DNA from: an uncultured Actinomycetes bacterium
GTDB lineage: Bacteria > Actinomycetota > Actinomycetes > Streptosporangiales > Streptosporangiaceae
DNA length: 64,000 nt
Direction of reading: 5' to 3'
Assembly (NCBI GenBank): GCA_963739135.1
Contig: CAVTZG010000026.1
Location: 192,105-256,104, forward strand
In this document: piece after piece, positions 26,755-34,751 of the stretch
Layout: each line of letters opens with the position of its first letter
Position numbering within the stretch: the stretch's first letter is position 1
Position numbers and translations under genes: made by a program
Notes under the pieces: generated by a model
What the model saw: the letters and a program-made list of their open reading frames with translations, nothing else
The model's database searches: none
Told to the model about the DNA's origin: nothing

Positions 26755-28338
26755 ATGATGGCAGCAGATAGTGCTGCGGATCAGGCGGCCGCGACGATTG
26801 GCGGCCGGAAGCAGGCCCGGCCCGCGGCTGGCGGCACCGGTGACCTGACCGAGGAACTGATCGCCACCGACTCATGGACAGACGCCATGGTCGCGGCGGC
26901 CGGGATTCCCATCGTCGACGTGCCGCTGGTAACGCTGGGCGGCGGCATGGGCAGCTTCGTCACCGTGGATTACCTGCGGATCGCCGGGGTGGCCACCGAC
27001 CGGATCCGGGTGCTATCGGACATCGACTATCCGTGGCAGACCTACGAGTACCTGACCCGGGTTTCGCAGATTCCGCGCCCCGAACGGATCCGCTCCGACT
27101 CGGCCTCCAGGCCGGACAATATCTGGGGATTCCCCTCCTACGCGCTGGCCGAAGCGATCCACGACCGCACCCTGAAGCCGCTGCGCCAAGTGCTCGTCGA
27201 GCCGATCTGGGCTGATTACTACACTCCGCGAGCGGGCCAGGTCTTCACCGGCCTGGAACGTGAGGCCAAGCGCATCAGATTTTCGGACATGCTGGTCAAG
27301 GGGCAGGTCCGGATGGTGCGCCGCCGCAAGGGCGGCGGCTACTTCACGATCCTGACCCCGCCGGACGCCAAGCCGGCCCGTCGCGTGGCCTACCGGTCGC
27401 AGTTCGTGCACGTCGCGGTCGGGTATCCGGGCCTGAAGTTCCTGCCTGAGCTGCAGGCTTTCCGGACCGAGAACCAGGACTTCTACCACGTGGTCAGCGC
27501 GTACGAAGATCACGAGCATATCTACGACCGGCTCCGCGCGAAGCAGGGGGTAGTGCTGGTCCGAGGCGGCGGCATTGTCGCCTCGCGGGTCCTGCAGCGC
27601 CTGATGGACGACCGGGCCAAGTACAACTTGTCGACCGAGATCGTGCACTTGTTCCGCACCTACGTATCGGGTTCCCACGGCCCCGGCCCGTGGATGCGGC
27701 GCAAGGGCGGCAACGGGTGGGCCTACCAGGGGTTCAACTACCCGAAGTCGGTCTGGGGCGGACAGCTCAAGGCCAAGATGCGCCGCCTGGAGGGAGACCA
27801 GCGGGCCACCGAGTACAAGCTGATGGGCGGGACCAACACGCCGTACCGGCGGCGCTGGCAGCAGCAGATGAACGAGGGCCGGGCCGGCGGTTGGTACCGC
27901 GTGCTGGCCGGCACCGTCGAGCAGATGAAGGTCCGCGAGGACGGGATGGTCATCAGCCAGGTCAAGACCTCGCAGGGCGTAGTCGAGGTCGCGGCCGACT
28001 TCGTCATCGACTGCACCGGCCTGGAAGCCGACGTCTCCGAGCACCGAGTGCTGGCCGACCTGCTCGAGCATTCCGGCGCCGGGCGCAACCCGGTCGGCCG
28101 CCTGGATGTCGAGCGCACCTTCGAACTGCGCGGCACGAGCAGCGGGACGGGAGTCATCTACGCCTCGGGAGCCGCCACCCTGGGCGGCTACTTCCCCGGC
28201 GTGGACACGTTCCTGGGCCTGCAGATAGCCGCGCAGGAAATCACCGACGACCTGGCCCGGCGGGGATTCTGCCCGAAAATCGGCCCGGGCCGTTCCGTTT
28301 CTCAATGGCTGCGCTGGGCCAGGAACCAGCAGCCGTAA
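26755..28338 (+). CDS. uncharacterised FAD/NAD(P)-binding (two-Rossmann) oxidoreductase-like protein
   Basis: First dinucleotide motif VTLGGGMGSF and second LVRGGGIVASRV. VAVGYPG and DFVIDCTGLEAD sit where N-hydroxylating/FMO-type flavoproteins have their conserved segments. GGGGGCGAG RBS-like run before ATG 26755. Confidence 0.5.
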   Translation: MMAADSAADQAAATIGGRKQARPAAGGTGDLTEELIATDSWTDAMVAAAGIPIVDVPLVTLGGGMGSFVTVDYLRIAGVATDRIRVLSDIDYPWQTYEYLTRVSQIPRPERIRSDSASRPDNIWGFPSYALAEAIHDRTLKPLRQVLVEPIWADYYTPRAGQVFTGLEREAKRIRFSDMLVKGQVRMVRRRKGGGYFTILTPPDAKPARRVAYRSQFVHVAVGYPGLKFLPELQAFRTENQDFYHVVSAYEDHEHIYDRLRAKQGVVLVRGGGIVASRVLQRLMDDRAKYNLSTEIVHLFRTYVSGSHGPGPWMRRKGGNGWAYQGFNYPKSVWGGQLKAKMRRLEGDQRATEYKLMGGTNTPYRRRWQQQMNEGRAGGWYRVLAGTVEQMKVREDGMVISQVKTSQGVVEVAADFVIDCTGLEADVSEHRVLADLLEHSGAGRNPVGRLDVERTFELRGTSSGTGVIYASGAATLGGYFPGVDTFLGLQIAAQEITDDLARRGFCPKIGPGRSVSQWLRWARNQQP

Positions 28339-28384
28339 TTCGCTTACCCAAGATGCCCACGCTCCGATAGGGACAGGTGCTGGC

Positions 28385-28822
28385 ATGGTTCCCACCTTGA
28401 GCGGCCGGATACAGACCAGGATCTTCCTGATGGCTGTCGTCGGCGGCCTCATCACGCTCGTGATCGTCCCGGTCTTGCCGGGCAGCGCGCCGCTCGGCGA
28501 TAAGTACCGGGACGGCTTCCTGGTCCTCCTGAGCGTCGCCGTGCTGGGCGTGCTCTGGGAGGTTCTCTACCATTTCCTGATGCAATGGCGCTGGGAGAAG
28601 GACTGGCCGACGCTGTTCGGGCTGGCTACCGGGATACCGGAGGGTCTGCTGGTCTGGCTGCTGCTCAGCGTCGGCGCCGTGCCGGGGATCGTGGGGCACG
28701 TCGGCGGGGCCGCGTTCGGAATCCAGTTCATCCTGGTCTGGCTGGGGGTCTGGCTCGTGGCCAACGGGCCGATGCGGGTGCCCTTCATCCGGTGGCGGTT
28801 CGTGGGCGGGAGGGTCTGGTGA
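28385..28822 (+). CDS. small 4-TM membrane protein, function unknown
   Basis: 145 aa with hydrophobic helices (IFLMAVVGGLITLVIVPVL, FLVLLSVAVLGVLWEVLY and others). The stop overlaps the next gene's start (GTGA). Confidence 0.55.
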   Translation: MVPTLSGRIQTRIFLMAVVGGLITLVIVPVLPGSAPLGDKYRDGFLVLLSVAVLGVLWEVLYHFLMQWRWEKDWPTLFGLATGIPEGLLVWLLLSVGAVPGIVGHVGGAAFGIQFILVWLGVWLVANGPMRVPFIRWRFVGGRVW

Positions 28823-30258
28823 CTGAGCAAGGAATCGGTGTCCTGCCCGGCCTGTGGCCGATCCACGGGGACGGGGTGCTGGCCAGGCAGGGAGGCCTGG
28901 TCCTGCTGATCCATCCCGCGGGAGGCGCCTTCACCGACCGGCTGCTTGACCTGCTGACTGACGCGGCCCGGGCCTGCGAGACCGGCCTGCGCTTCGCCGG
29001 CCTGATCGCCGCGGAGTTCGACGCCGACGCCGCCGCGGAGTTCGACGCCGCCGCCGCGACCGGCCAGCCCGGCCCGGCCGCGGTGGCCTTCGGCCCCGTC
29101 GGCGACGGCACGGCCATCGCCATCTACGGCACCGCCTGGGCCGAGATCACGACGGCCCACGGCACGCAGCAGCTGACCGCGGGCCAGCCCTATGGCCGGC
29201 TGCAGTGCGTCCTGCCGTCCCGGGTAATGAAGGTCCGGGCCGGCGTGCAGGCCGCGGACGGCGACGCCAGCACCGATCCCTACCTGCGCCTGGCTGACGG
29301 GATGGTCCGGGCCGTGGCCCTGGTTTACGCTCCCGAAGAAACCCCGCGAAGGACCGCTGACCGGGGCAGGCGCGCGCTGCTGCCCGAGCGCACCGTCATG
29401 GACGCGGCCTGGGGCGGGCAGGCCGCTGCCCCCAGCCACCAGCTTGACCAGGCTAAGGAGGCGGCGCCGGTTCCCGCCGAGCCGTCCGTGCACCAGCAGG
29501 GGGCAGGCCAGGCCGAACAGCCGGCCTACCAGCCAGACGCCGGCCATGCCGCTTACCAGCCCGCCGCCGGCCAGGACGGTCAGCCCGCCTACCAGCCAGA
29601 GGCGGGCCGCGCCGAGCACGTGGTCGGGGACCCCTTCGAAGCCGACAGCCTGGCCGGCCGGTCGTTCATCTCCATACCGCTTATCGGCGACCAGGCCGCC
29701 AGCGAGATACCCCAGCGGGACCCGCTGCCGCTGGGCGCCGAACCTCCGGACGACCGCGAGCTCGGAACCGCGGACCAGCACCCCCAGGTCGTCGTGGGCG
29801 TCTACTGCAAGAACGGGCACTTCGACGACCCCGAGGCGCGCTACTGCGCCGTGTGCGGCATCGGCATGGCCCAGCTGACCAAGGTGCCCCAGGACGGGCC
29901 GCGGCCGCCGCTCGGCGTGCTGGTCCTGCAGGACGGTTCGGTATGCCAGCTCGACGCCGACTACGTGCTGGGCCGGGAGCCGACCCTGGAAAGCTCGGTG
30001 GCCGACGGCAGCGCCCGGCCGCTCCGGCTCGGCACCGCCTCGGGCCTGGTGTCCCGGATCCACGCCCGCGTCGAGCTCGACGGCTGGCAGGTGTTCATCT
30101 CCGACCTGAATTCCGCGAACGGCACCCAGGTCCTCCTGCCGGGAGACACCAGCGGCAGGACACTGGAGCCCGGCATCCGCACTCCTCTCGTGGCCGGGGC
30201 CCAGATCCGACTGGGCGGCGACTACGGACTCAGATATGACTCGCACCGTCACCGGTAA
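28819..30258 (+). CDS. FHA-domain protein with internal zinc ribbon and Gln/Pro/Ala repeat linker
   Basis: GTG 28819 in the frame of ORF 28585..30258. VYCKNGHFDDPEARYCAVCG, then the FHA core YVLGREP...VSRIHARVEL...DLNSANGTQV. PAYQP repeats lie upstream. Confidence 0.75.
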   Translation: MTEQGIGVLPGLWPIHGDGVLARQGGLVLLIHPAGGAFTDRLLDLLTDAARACETGLRFAGLIAAEFDADAAAEFDAAAATGQPGPAAVAFGPVGDGTAIAIYGTAWAEITTAHGTQQLTAGQPYGRLQCVLPSRVMKVRAGVQAADGDASTDPYLRLADGMVRAVALVYAPEETPRRTADRGRRALLPERTVMDAAWGGQAAAPSHQLDQAKEAAPVPAEPSVHQQGAGQAEQPAYQPDAGHAAYQPAAGQDGQPAYQPEAGRAEHVVGDPFEADSLAGRSFISIPLIGDQAASEIPQRDPLPLGAEPPDDRELGTADQHPQVVVGVYCKNGHFDDPEARYCAVCGIGMAQLTKVPQDGPRPPLGVLVLQDGSVCQLDADYVLGREPTLESSVADGSARPLRLGTASGLVSRIHARVELDGWQVFISDLNSANGTQVLLPGDTSGRTLEPGIRTPLVAGAQIRLGGDYGLRYDSHRHR

Positions 30259-30285
30259 GTGACGCGGCGGAGCTGGGGGCTAACC

Positions 30286-32295
30286 ATGAGCCTTAACGAT
30301 GTCCAGCTGCTCCTGGCGGACGTGGCCATCATCATCATCCTGGCCAGGCTGCTCGGCAGCATAGCGCGCCGCCTCGGGCAGCCGCCGGTGCTGGGCGAGA
30401 TCCTGGTCGGGATCCTGCTGGGGCCGACGTTCTTCCACGCCCGCATCACCAACGCGCTGTTCCCGCCGTCACTGATCCCCCCGCTGACCGCGCTGGCCGA
30501 CATCGGGCTCGTGCTGTTCATGTTCGTCGTCGGGTACGAGGTGGACCTGCGCCTGATCCGGGGCCGGGAGCGGGTCGCGGTGGCCGTCTCCACCGGGTCG
30601 GTCATCCTCCCGCTGGCCCTGGGCTCGCTGCTCGGGGTGTGGCTGGCCCACCGCAACCACGTGCCGCACGTGTCCACGTTCGCGCTGTTCATCGGCACCG
30701 CCATGGCGGCCACCGCGTTCCCCGTACTGGCCCGCATCCTGACCGACCGGGGCCTGCACCGCACCCGCATCGGCGGGATCGCGCTGGCCAGTGCCGCGAT
30801 AGCCGACGTGCTGGCCTGGATCTTGCTGGCGGTGGTGGTCGCGCTGGCCGGGAGTACCCAGCAATGGAAGGTGCTGCTCGCCATCCCCTATGCCGCCGCG
30901 ATGTTCGTAGTCGTCAGGCCGCTGCTGCGCAGGCTGGGCCAGAGCTACCTGAAGGCGGGCCGGCTCACCCCGAACGTCCTGGCCACCGTGCTGGCCGCGC
31001 TGCTGCTGTCCTGCTACGCCACCAACTGGATGGGCCTGCATTTCATCTTCGGCGCGTTCCTGTTCGGCATCATCATGCCCCGCGAGCCGGTCATGGCCAT
31101 GCGGGAGGAGATCCTCGAGCGCCTGGAACAGCTCAGCGTCGTGGTGCTGCTCCCGCTGTACTTCGTGGTGTCGGGCCTGAGCATCAACCTGTCCACCATC
31201 GGGCGGTCCGGTCTCGAGGAGCTCGGCGCCATCCTGGTCGTCGCCATCGGCGGGAAGCTGGTCGGCGCCTACCTGGGTGCCCAGCTCACCGGGGTCCGCG
31301 GCCGCAACGCCGGCGTGCTCGCCACGCTGATGAACACCCGGGGCCTGACCGAGCTGGTCATCCTGAGCGTCGGGCTCCAGCTGCACATCCTGACCAAGCC
31401 GCTGTACACCCTTATGGTGGTCATGGCGCTAGTCACGACCGCGATGAGCGGCCCGCTGCTGAGGTGGATCTACCCCGACAAGATCATGCAGCGCGACCGG
31501 GCCGCCGCGGACCGGGCGGCGATTGCGGGCGGATCGGCGCACCGGGTCGTGGTGCTCGTCGACCAGCCGGAGACGGCCGGGCCCCTGGTCGACGTGGGCG
31601 CCGACCTGGCTGCCACGCGGCCGGGCAGCGAGCTGGTGCTGGCCCACCTGGTCTCGATCCGGCCCGCCGGCCGCCTGGAGGTGGGCACCGGCCTGGGCGG
31701 TGAGCTGATGCAGATGACCGTGGTCATGCGCCAGCTGAACGACCTGGCCGAGCGGGCCGCGGCCCGCGGCGCCCGGGCCGTAGTGCTCTCGCGCATGAGC
31801 GACGACGTACCAGGTGAGCTGCCGTCCTTCATCGCGGCCGCCGAACCCGACACGCTCGTCCTGCGCGCCGGCGACGGGATACGCGAGGCCGCCGGGGCCA
31901 ACGACGCGATCCGCATGGTCACCGCCGGCGCCGCCCTGCCCGAGGCGCCGAGCGCCGTGGCCGTCTATTGCGGGCACGGCGGCGGCGCCACCGCCGCGCT
32001 GGATGTCGCCGCCCAGGTGGCCGCGGCCAGGCAGCTGGAGCTCATCCTGGCCGGGGACGAGGGCAGGCGGGTCCGCAACGCGGCCGCGGAACTGGCCCAG
32101 CAGGGCATCCCCGCCAGCAGCGGCCCGCCTCCGGAGGGCGCTTTGGTCATCGCGAGCGAGGACGGCGCCGCCACCGGTGCCGCCACTGGCGCCGCCGTGC
32201 ACCTGACCGTCCGGGCAGGCAGTGGCGAGGACATCGAGGAGCGTCACAGAATCGGTACCCCGGTCTCCGCTCTGGAGCCAGGAAGGCGGCAATGA
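30286..32295 (+). CDS. CPA2-family cation:proton antiporter with C-terminal cytoplasmic (Usp-like) region
   Basis: LGQPPVLGEILVGILLGP, about 12 TM helices, NTRGLTELVIL, and a ~260-aa soluble tail. Confidence 0.85.
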   Translation: MSLNDVQLLLADVAIIIILARLLGSIARRLGQPPVLGEILVGILLGPTFFHARITNALFPPSLIPPLTALADIGLVLFMFVVGYEVDLRLIRGRERVAVAVSTGSVILPLALGSLLGVWLAHRNHVPHVSTFALFIGTAMAATAFPVLARILTDRGLHRTRIGGIALASAAIADVLAWILLAVVVALAGSTQQWKVLLAIPYAAAMFVVVRPLLRRLGQSYLKAGRLTPNVLATVLAALLLSCYATNWMGLHFIFGAFLFGIIMPREPVMAMREEILERLEQLSVVVLLPLYFVVSGLSINLSTIGRSGLEELGAILVVAIGGKLVGAYLGAQLTGVRGRNAGVLATLMNTRGLTELVILSVGLQLHILTKPLYTLMVVMALVTTAMSGPLLRWIYPDKIMQRDRAAADRAAIAGGSAHRVVVLVDQPETAGPLVDVGADLAATRPGSELVLAHLVSIRPAGRLEVGTGLGGELMQMTVVMRQLNDLAERAAARGARAVVLSRMSDDVPGELPSFIAAAEPDTLVLRAGDGIREAAGANDAIRMVTAGAALPEAPSAVAVYCGHGGGATAALDVAAQVAAARQLELILAGDEGRRVRNAAAELAQQGIPASSGPPPEGALVIASEDGAATGAATGAAVHLTVRAGSGEDIEERHRIGTPVSALEPGRRQ

Positions 32296-33122
32296 TCATG
32301 ACTGGTGAACATGACGGCATCGCCGACTATCAGTTCATCCGGAAGCTCGGCGCCGGGGGCCACGGGGTGTTCTACCTCGCCCGCCGGCCGGAACGGCTGC
32401 CCATCACCGCCAACTACGTCGCGGTCAAGGTGCTCTCCGGCGGCAGCAGCCAGGATCTGTTCAGGTGGGCGCACCGCGAGCTCGCTGCGTTCGCCGCGGT
32501 CAGCTCGCCCTACCTGGTCAGCCTGTACGACGCGGGCCAGCAGGGCGAGGAGGTGTACTACTCGATGGAGTACCTGCCCGGCGGCTCGCTGGCCGAGCCG
32601 GCCGAGCCGCTCAGCCGGGCCGCCGCCTTGAAGGCCATGGCCGACGTCTCCCGCGCCGCGCACGCCCTGCACGAGGCCGGCATCGCCCACCGTGACATCA
32701 AGCCGGGCAACGTCCTGCTGCAGCCCGGCGGGGCCAAGCTGGCCGACCTCGGCCTCAGCCACGTGCTCTCACCCGGGATCACCGTCACCGGCATGGGCCC
32801 CGCGGGCGATATCGGCTACCTCGACCCGTGCCTGATGCGCGGCGATCGCCCGTCCCGGGCCAGCGACGTGTTCTCGCTGGGCGCTACCTTGCACTTCGCC
32901 CTGGTAGGCGAGGGCCTGTGGGGGCAGCTCCCGCAGGATGATCCGGTCATGGCCATGCGCACGGTCGTGTCCCATCCGCCCGCCATCTCTGCCCAGGTGG
33001 ACCCGGCGGCCCGGGATATCATCGCCTGGGCCATCGCCGCCGACCCGGCCGAACGGCCCGGCACCGCCCTGGAGCTCGCCGAGCGAATCGAGGAGCTCGC
33101 TATGGCCTCCGCCCCCGATTAG
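32292..33122 (+). CDS. stand-alone Ser/Thr protein kinase catalytic domain (276 aa)
   Basis: GAGGHGVFY, VAVKVL, HRDIKPGNVLL and ADLG. The ATG overlaps the antiporter stop (ATGA). Confidence 0.85.
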   Translation: MIMTGEHDGIADYQFIRKLGAGGHGVFYLARRPERLPITANYVAVKVLSGGSSQDLFRWAHRELAAFAAVSSPYLVSLYDAGQQGEEVYYSMEYLPGGSLAEPAEPLSRAAALKAMADVSRAAHALHEAGIAHRDIKPGNVLLQPGGAKLADLGLSHVLSPGITVTGMGPAGDIGYLDPCLMRGDRPSRASDVFSLGATLHFALVGEGLWGQLPQDDPVMAMRTVVSHPPAISAQVDPAARDIIAWAIAADPAERPGTALELAERIEELAMASAPD

Positions 33123-33133
33123 CGCATATAAAG

Positions 33134-33172
33134 TTGGGGGGTCCGGGGGGGACGACCCCCCGGGAAAAGAAT
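33134..33172 (-). repeat. G-run/C-run dispersed repeat, partial copy (intergenic)
   Basis: ggggggtccgggggggacgaccccccgggaaaaga. Its reverse complement matches cttttcccggggggac...ccccccggacccccc of copy 1. Confidence 0.65.
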
Positions 33173-33213
33173 GCCTGGCCGGTAGCGGCAGCCGGCCAGG
33201 GACGGAGACGTGG

Positions 33214-34521
33214 ATGACATCGGCGACGAGGAGCGAGCCTGACGGGCCGCGCTTTGGGCCTTACATCCTGACGGCCGTCATCGGCCGCGGCGGGATGGGC
33301 GTCGTCTACCGCGCCTACAACACCGTCAAGGCGCGCACCGTCGCCCTCAAGGTGCTGACCCCCGAACTGGCCGCGGATCCGGTGTACCGGGAACGCTTCC
33401 GCCGCGAGTCCCGGCGCGCGGCCCGGCTCAGCGAGCCGCACATCATCCCCATCCACGACTACGGGCAGATTGACGGCCGCCTGTTCATCGACATGCGCCT
33501 GGTGCAGGGCACCGACCTGTCCACCATGCTGGAGCGCGACGGGCCGCTGCCGCCGAACGGGGCGGCCTGGGTCATTGCCCAGGTCGCCTCGGCACTGGAC
33601 GCCGCGCATGCCGACGGGCTGGTGCACCGGGACGTCAAGCCGTCCAACGTGCTGATCACCGGGCATATCCAGAGCATGCCGTTCGCCTATCTGATCGACT
33701 TCGGCATCGCCCGCGCGGTCGGCAGCGTCACCGTCTCCACCGCCACCAGCGCCGTCGGCACCCTGGCCTACATGGCGCCGGAACGGATCAACGGGGCGCC
33801 CGGCGACCACCGGTCGGACGTGTACTCGCTGGCCTGCGTGCTGTACGAGTGCCTGACCGGGCACGAGCCGTTCACCGGGGAGATGGTGGCCGTCATGTGG
33901 GCCCAGATCAACTCCCCGCCGCCCGCGCCCACCGCGGTCAGGCCCGGCCTGCCCGCCACGGTCGACCAGGTCATCGCGCGCGGCATGGCCAAGGACCCGG
34001 CCAGCCGGTATAGCACCGCGGGCGAGCTGGCCGCCGCCATGCTGGCCGCGGTCGATCCCAGCGTACGGCAGGCCCGGGAGCCGGAACCCGGCCCGCCGAC
34101 CGCGGTCACCTACGTCCCGGCCAAGGGGGACCGGCCCGCACCGCACCAGACGGGCGCCGACGTCCCGCTGTGGGAAGGTGACCCGGCCGGCCGGACCCAG
34201 GCCGCGCTGCGCGCCATCGTGGCCAACCCCCAGCTGGGGGTGGCCGCCCTGTCCAGCTCGCAGGCCATGTCCGCCGCGCTGAAGGACCTGCTTCCCGGTC
34301 GGCCCCGGGAGACGAAGGTGCTGGTGGCCGCGGCCGAGGTGGGGCTGACCGCGGCCCTGAAGTATCACACGGCGCGCGGCATGGACGTGACTACCGCCCG
34401 CCGGCGGGCGGCGCGGTCCTTCGCCAAGCACACCGGGTTCGCGCCGGAAGCATGCAGCTGGGCGGTCGACCACCTGACCGCGGCGCTCGGCCTGGACGCC
34501 GGCTCCGAGGTAGCCCGGTAG
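33214..34521 (+). CDS. Ser/Thr protein kinase with ~150-aa C-terminal domain of unknown function
   Basis: [31 protein letters not shown] and GTLAYMAPE. No TM helix was seen. Confidence 0.9.
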   Translation: MTSATRSEPDGPRFGPYILTAVIGRGGMGVVYRAYNTVKARTVALKVLTPELAADPVYRERFRRESRRAARLSEPHIIPIHDYGQIDGRLFIDMRLVQGTDLSTMLERDGPLPPNGAAWVIAQVASALDAAHADGLVHRDVKPSNVLITGHIQSMPFAYLIDFGIARAVGSVTVSTATSAVGTLAYMAPERINGAPGDHRSDVYSLACVLYECLTGHEPFTGEMVAVMWAQINSPPPAPTAVRPGLPATVDQVIARGMAKDPASRYSTAGELAAAMLAAVDPSVRQAREPEPGPPTAVTYVPAKGDRPAPHQTGADVPLWEGDPAGRTQAALRAIVANPQLGVAALSSSQAMSAALKDLLPGRPRETKVLVAAAEVGLTAALKYHTARGMDVTTARRRAARSFAKHTGFAPEACSWAVDHLTAALGLDAGSEVAR

Positions 34522-34584
34522 AACCGGGGCGTCGGGTCCCACAATCTGGTCCCGCTCGGGTAAGATCTCAATTGCTGATGACAC

Positions 34585-34745
34585 CGGCCGGGAGAGATCC
34601 CGCATTGCTGCGGGCGCCGAAGGGGCAACATCCCCGGAACCTCTCAGGCACACGAACCAGCCGGAACAGGCATCTCTGGAGCGGGCCCAGCAGGCCAAAG
34701 GGGCCGCGACAGACGGGGAGCCAGCGACCGCGCTCGTCCGGGAGG
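34585..34745 (+). ncRNA. glycine riboswitch (one canonical aptamer plus a degenerate second element) in the gcvP leader
   Basis: ccGGGAGAGatcccgcattgctgcgggCGCCGAAGGGGCAAcatccccggaaccTCTCAGGCAcacgaac matches the glycine aptamer core. It is followed by CTCTGGAGCgggcccagcaggCCAAAGGGGCcgcgac, which lacks the CTCAGG element. It lies directly upstream of gcvP. Confidence 0.75.
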
Positions 34746-34751
34746 CTCTCT

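Noticed and set aside
27013-30252. minus-strand ORFs 27013..28455 and 28567..30252
   Set aside because: They are antisense to the flavoprotein-like, 4-TM and FHA genes. The + strand products have Rossmann, TM and FHA signatures, and these do not.
33100-34698. 532-aa minus-strand ORF
   Set aside because: It is antisense to a Ser/Thr kinase with all catalytic motifs.
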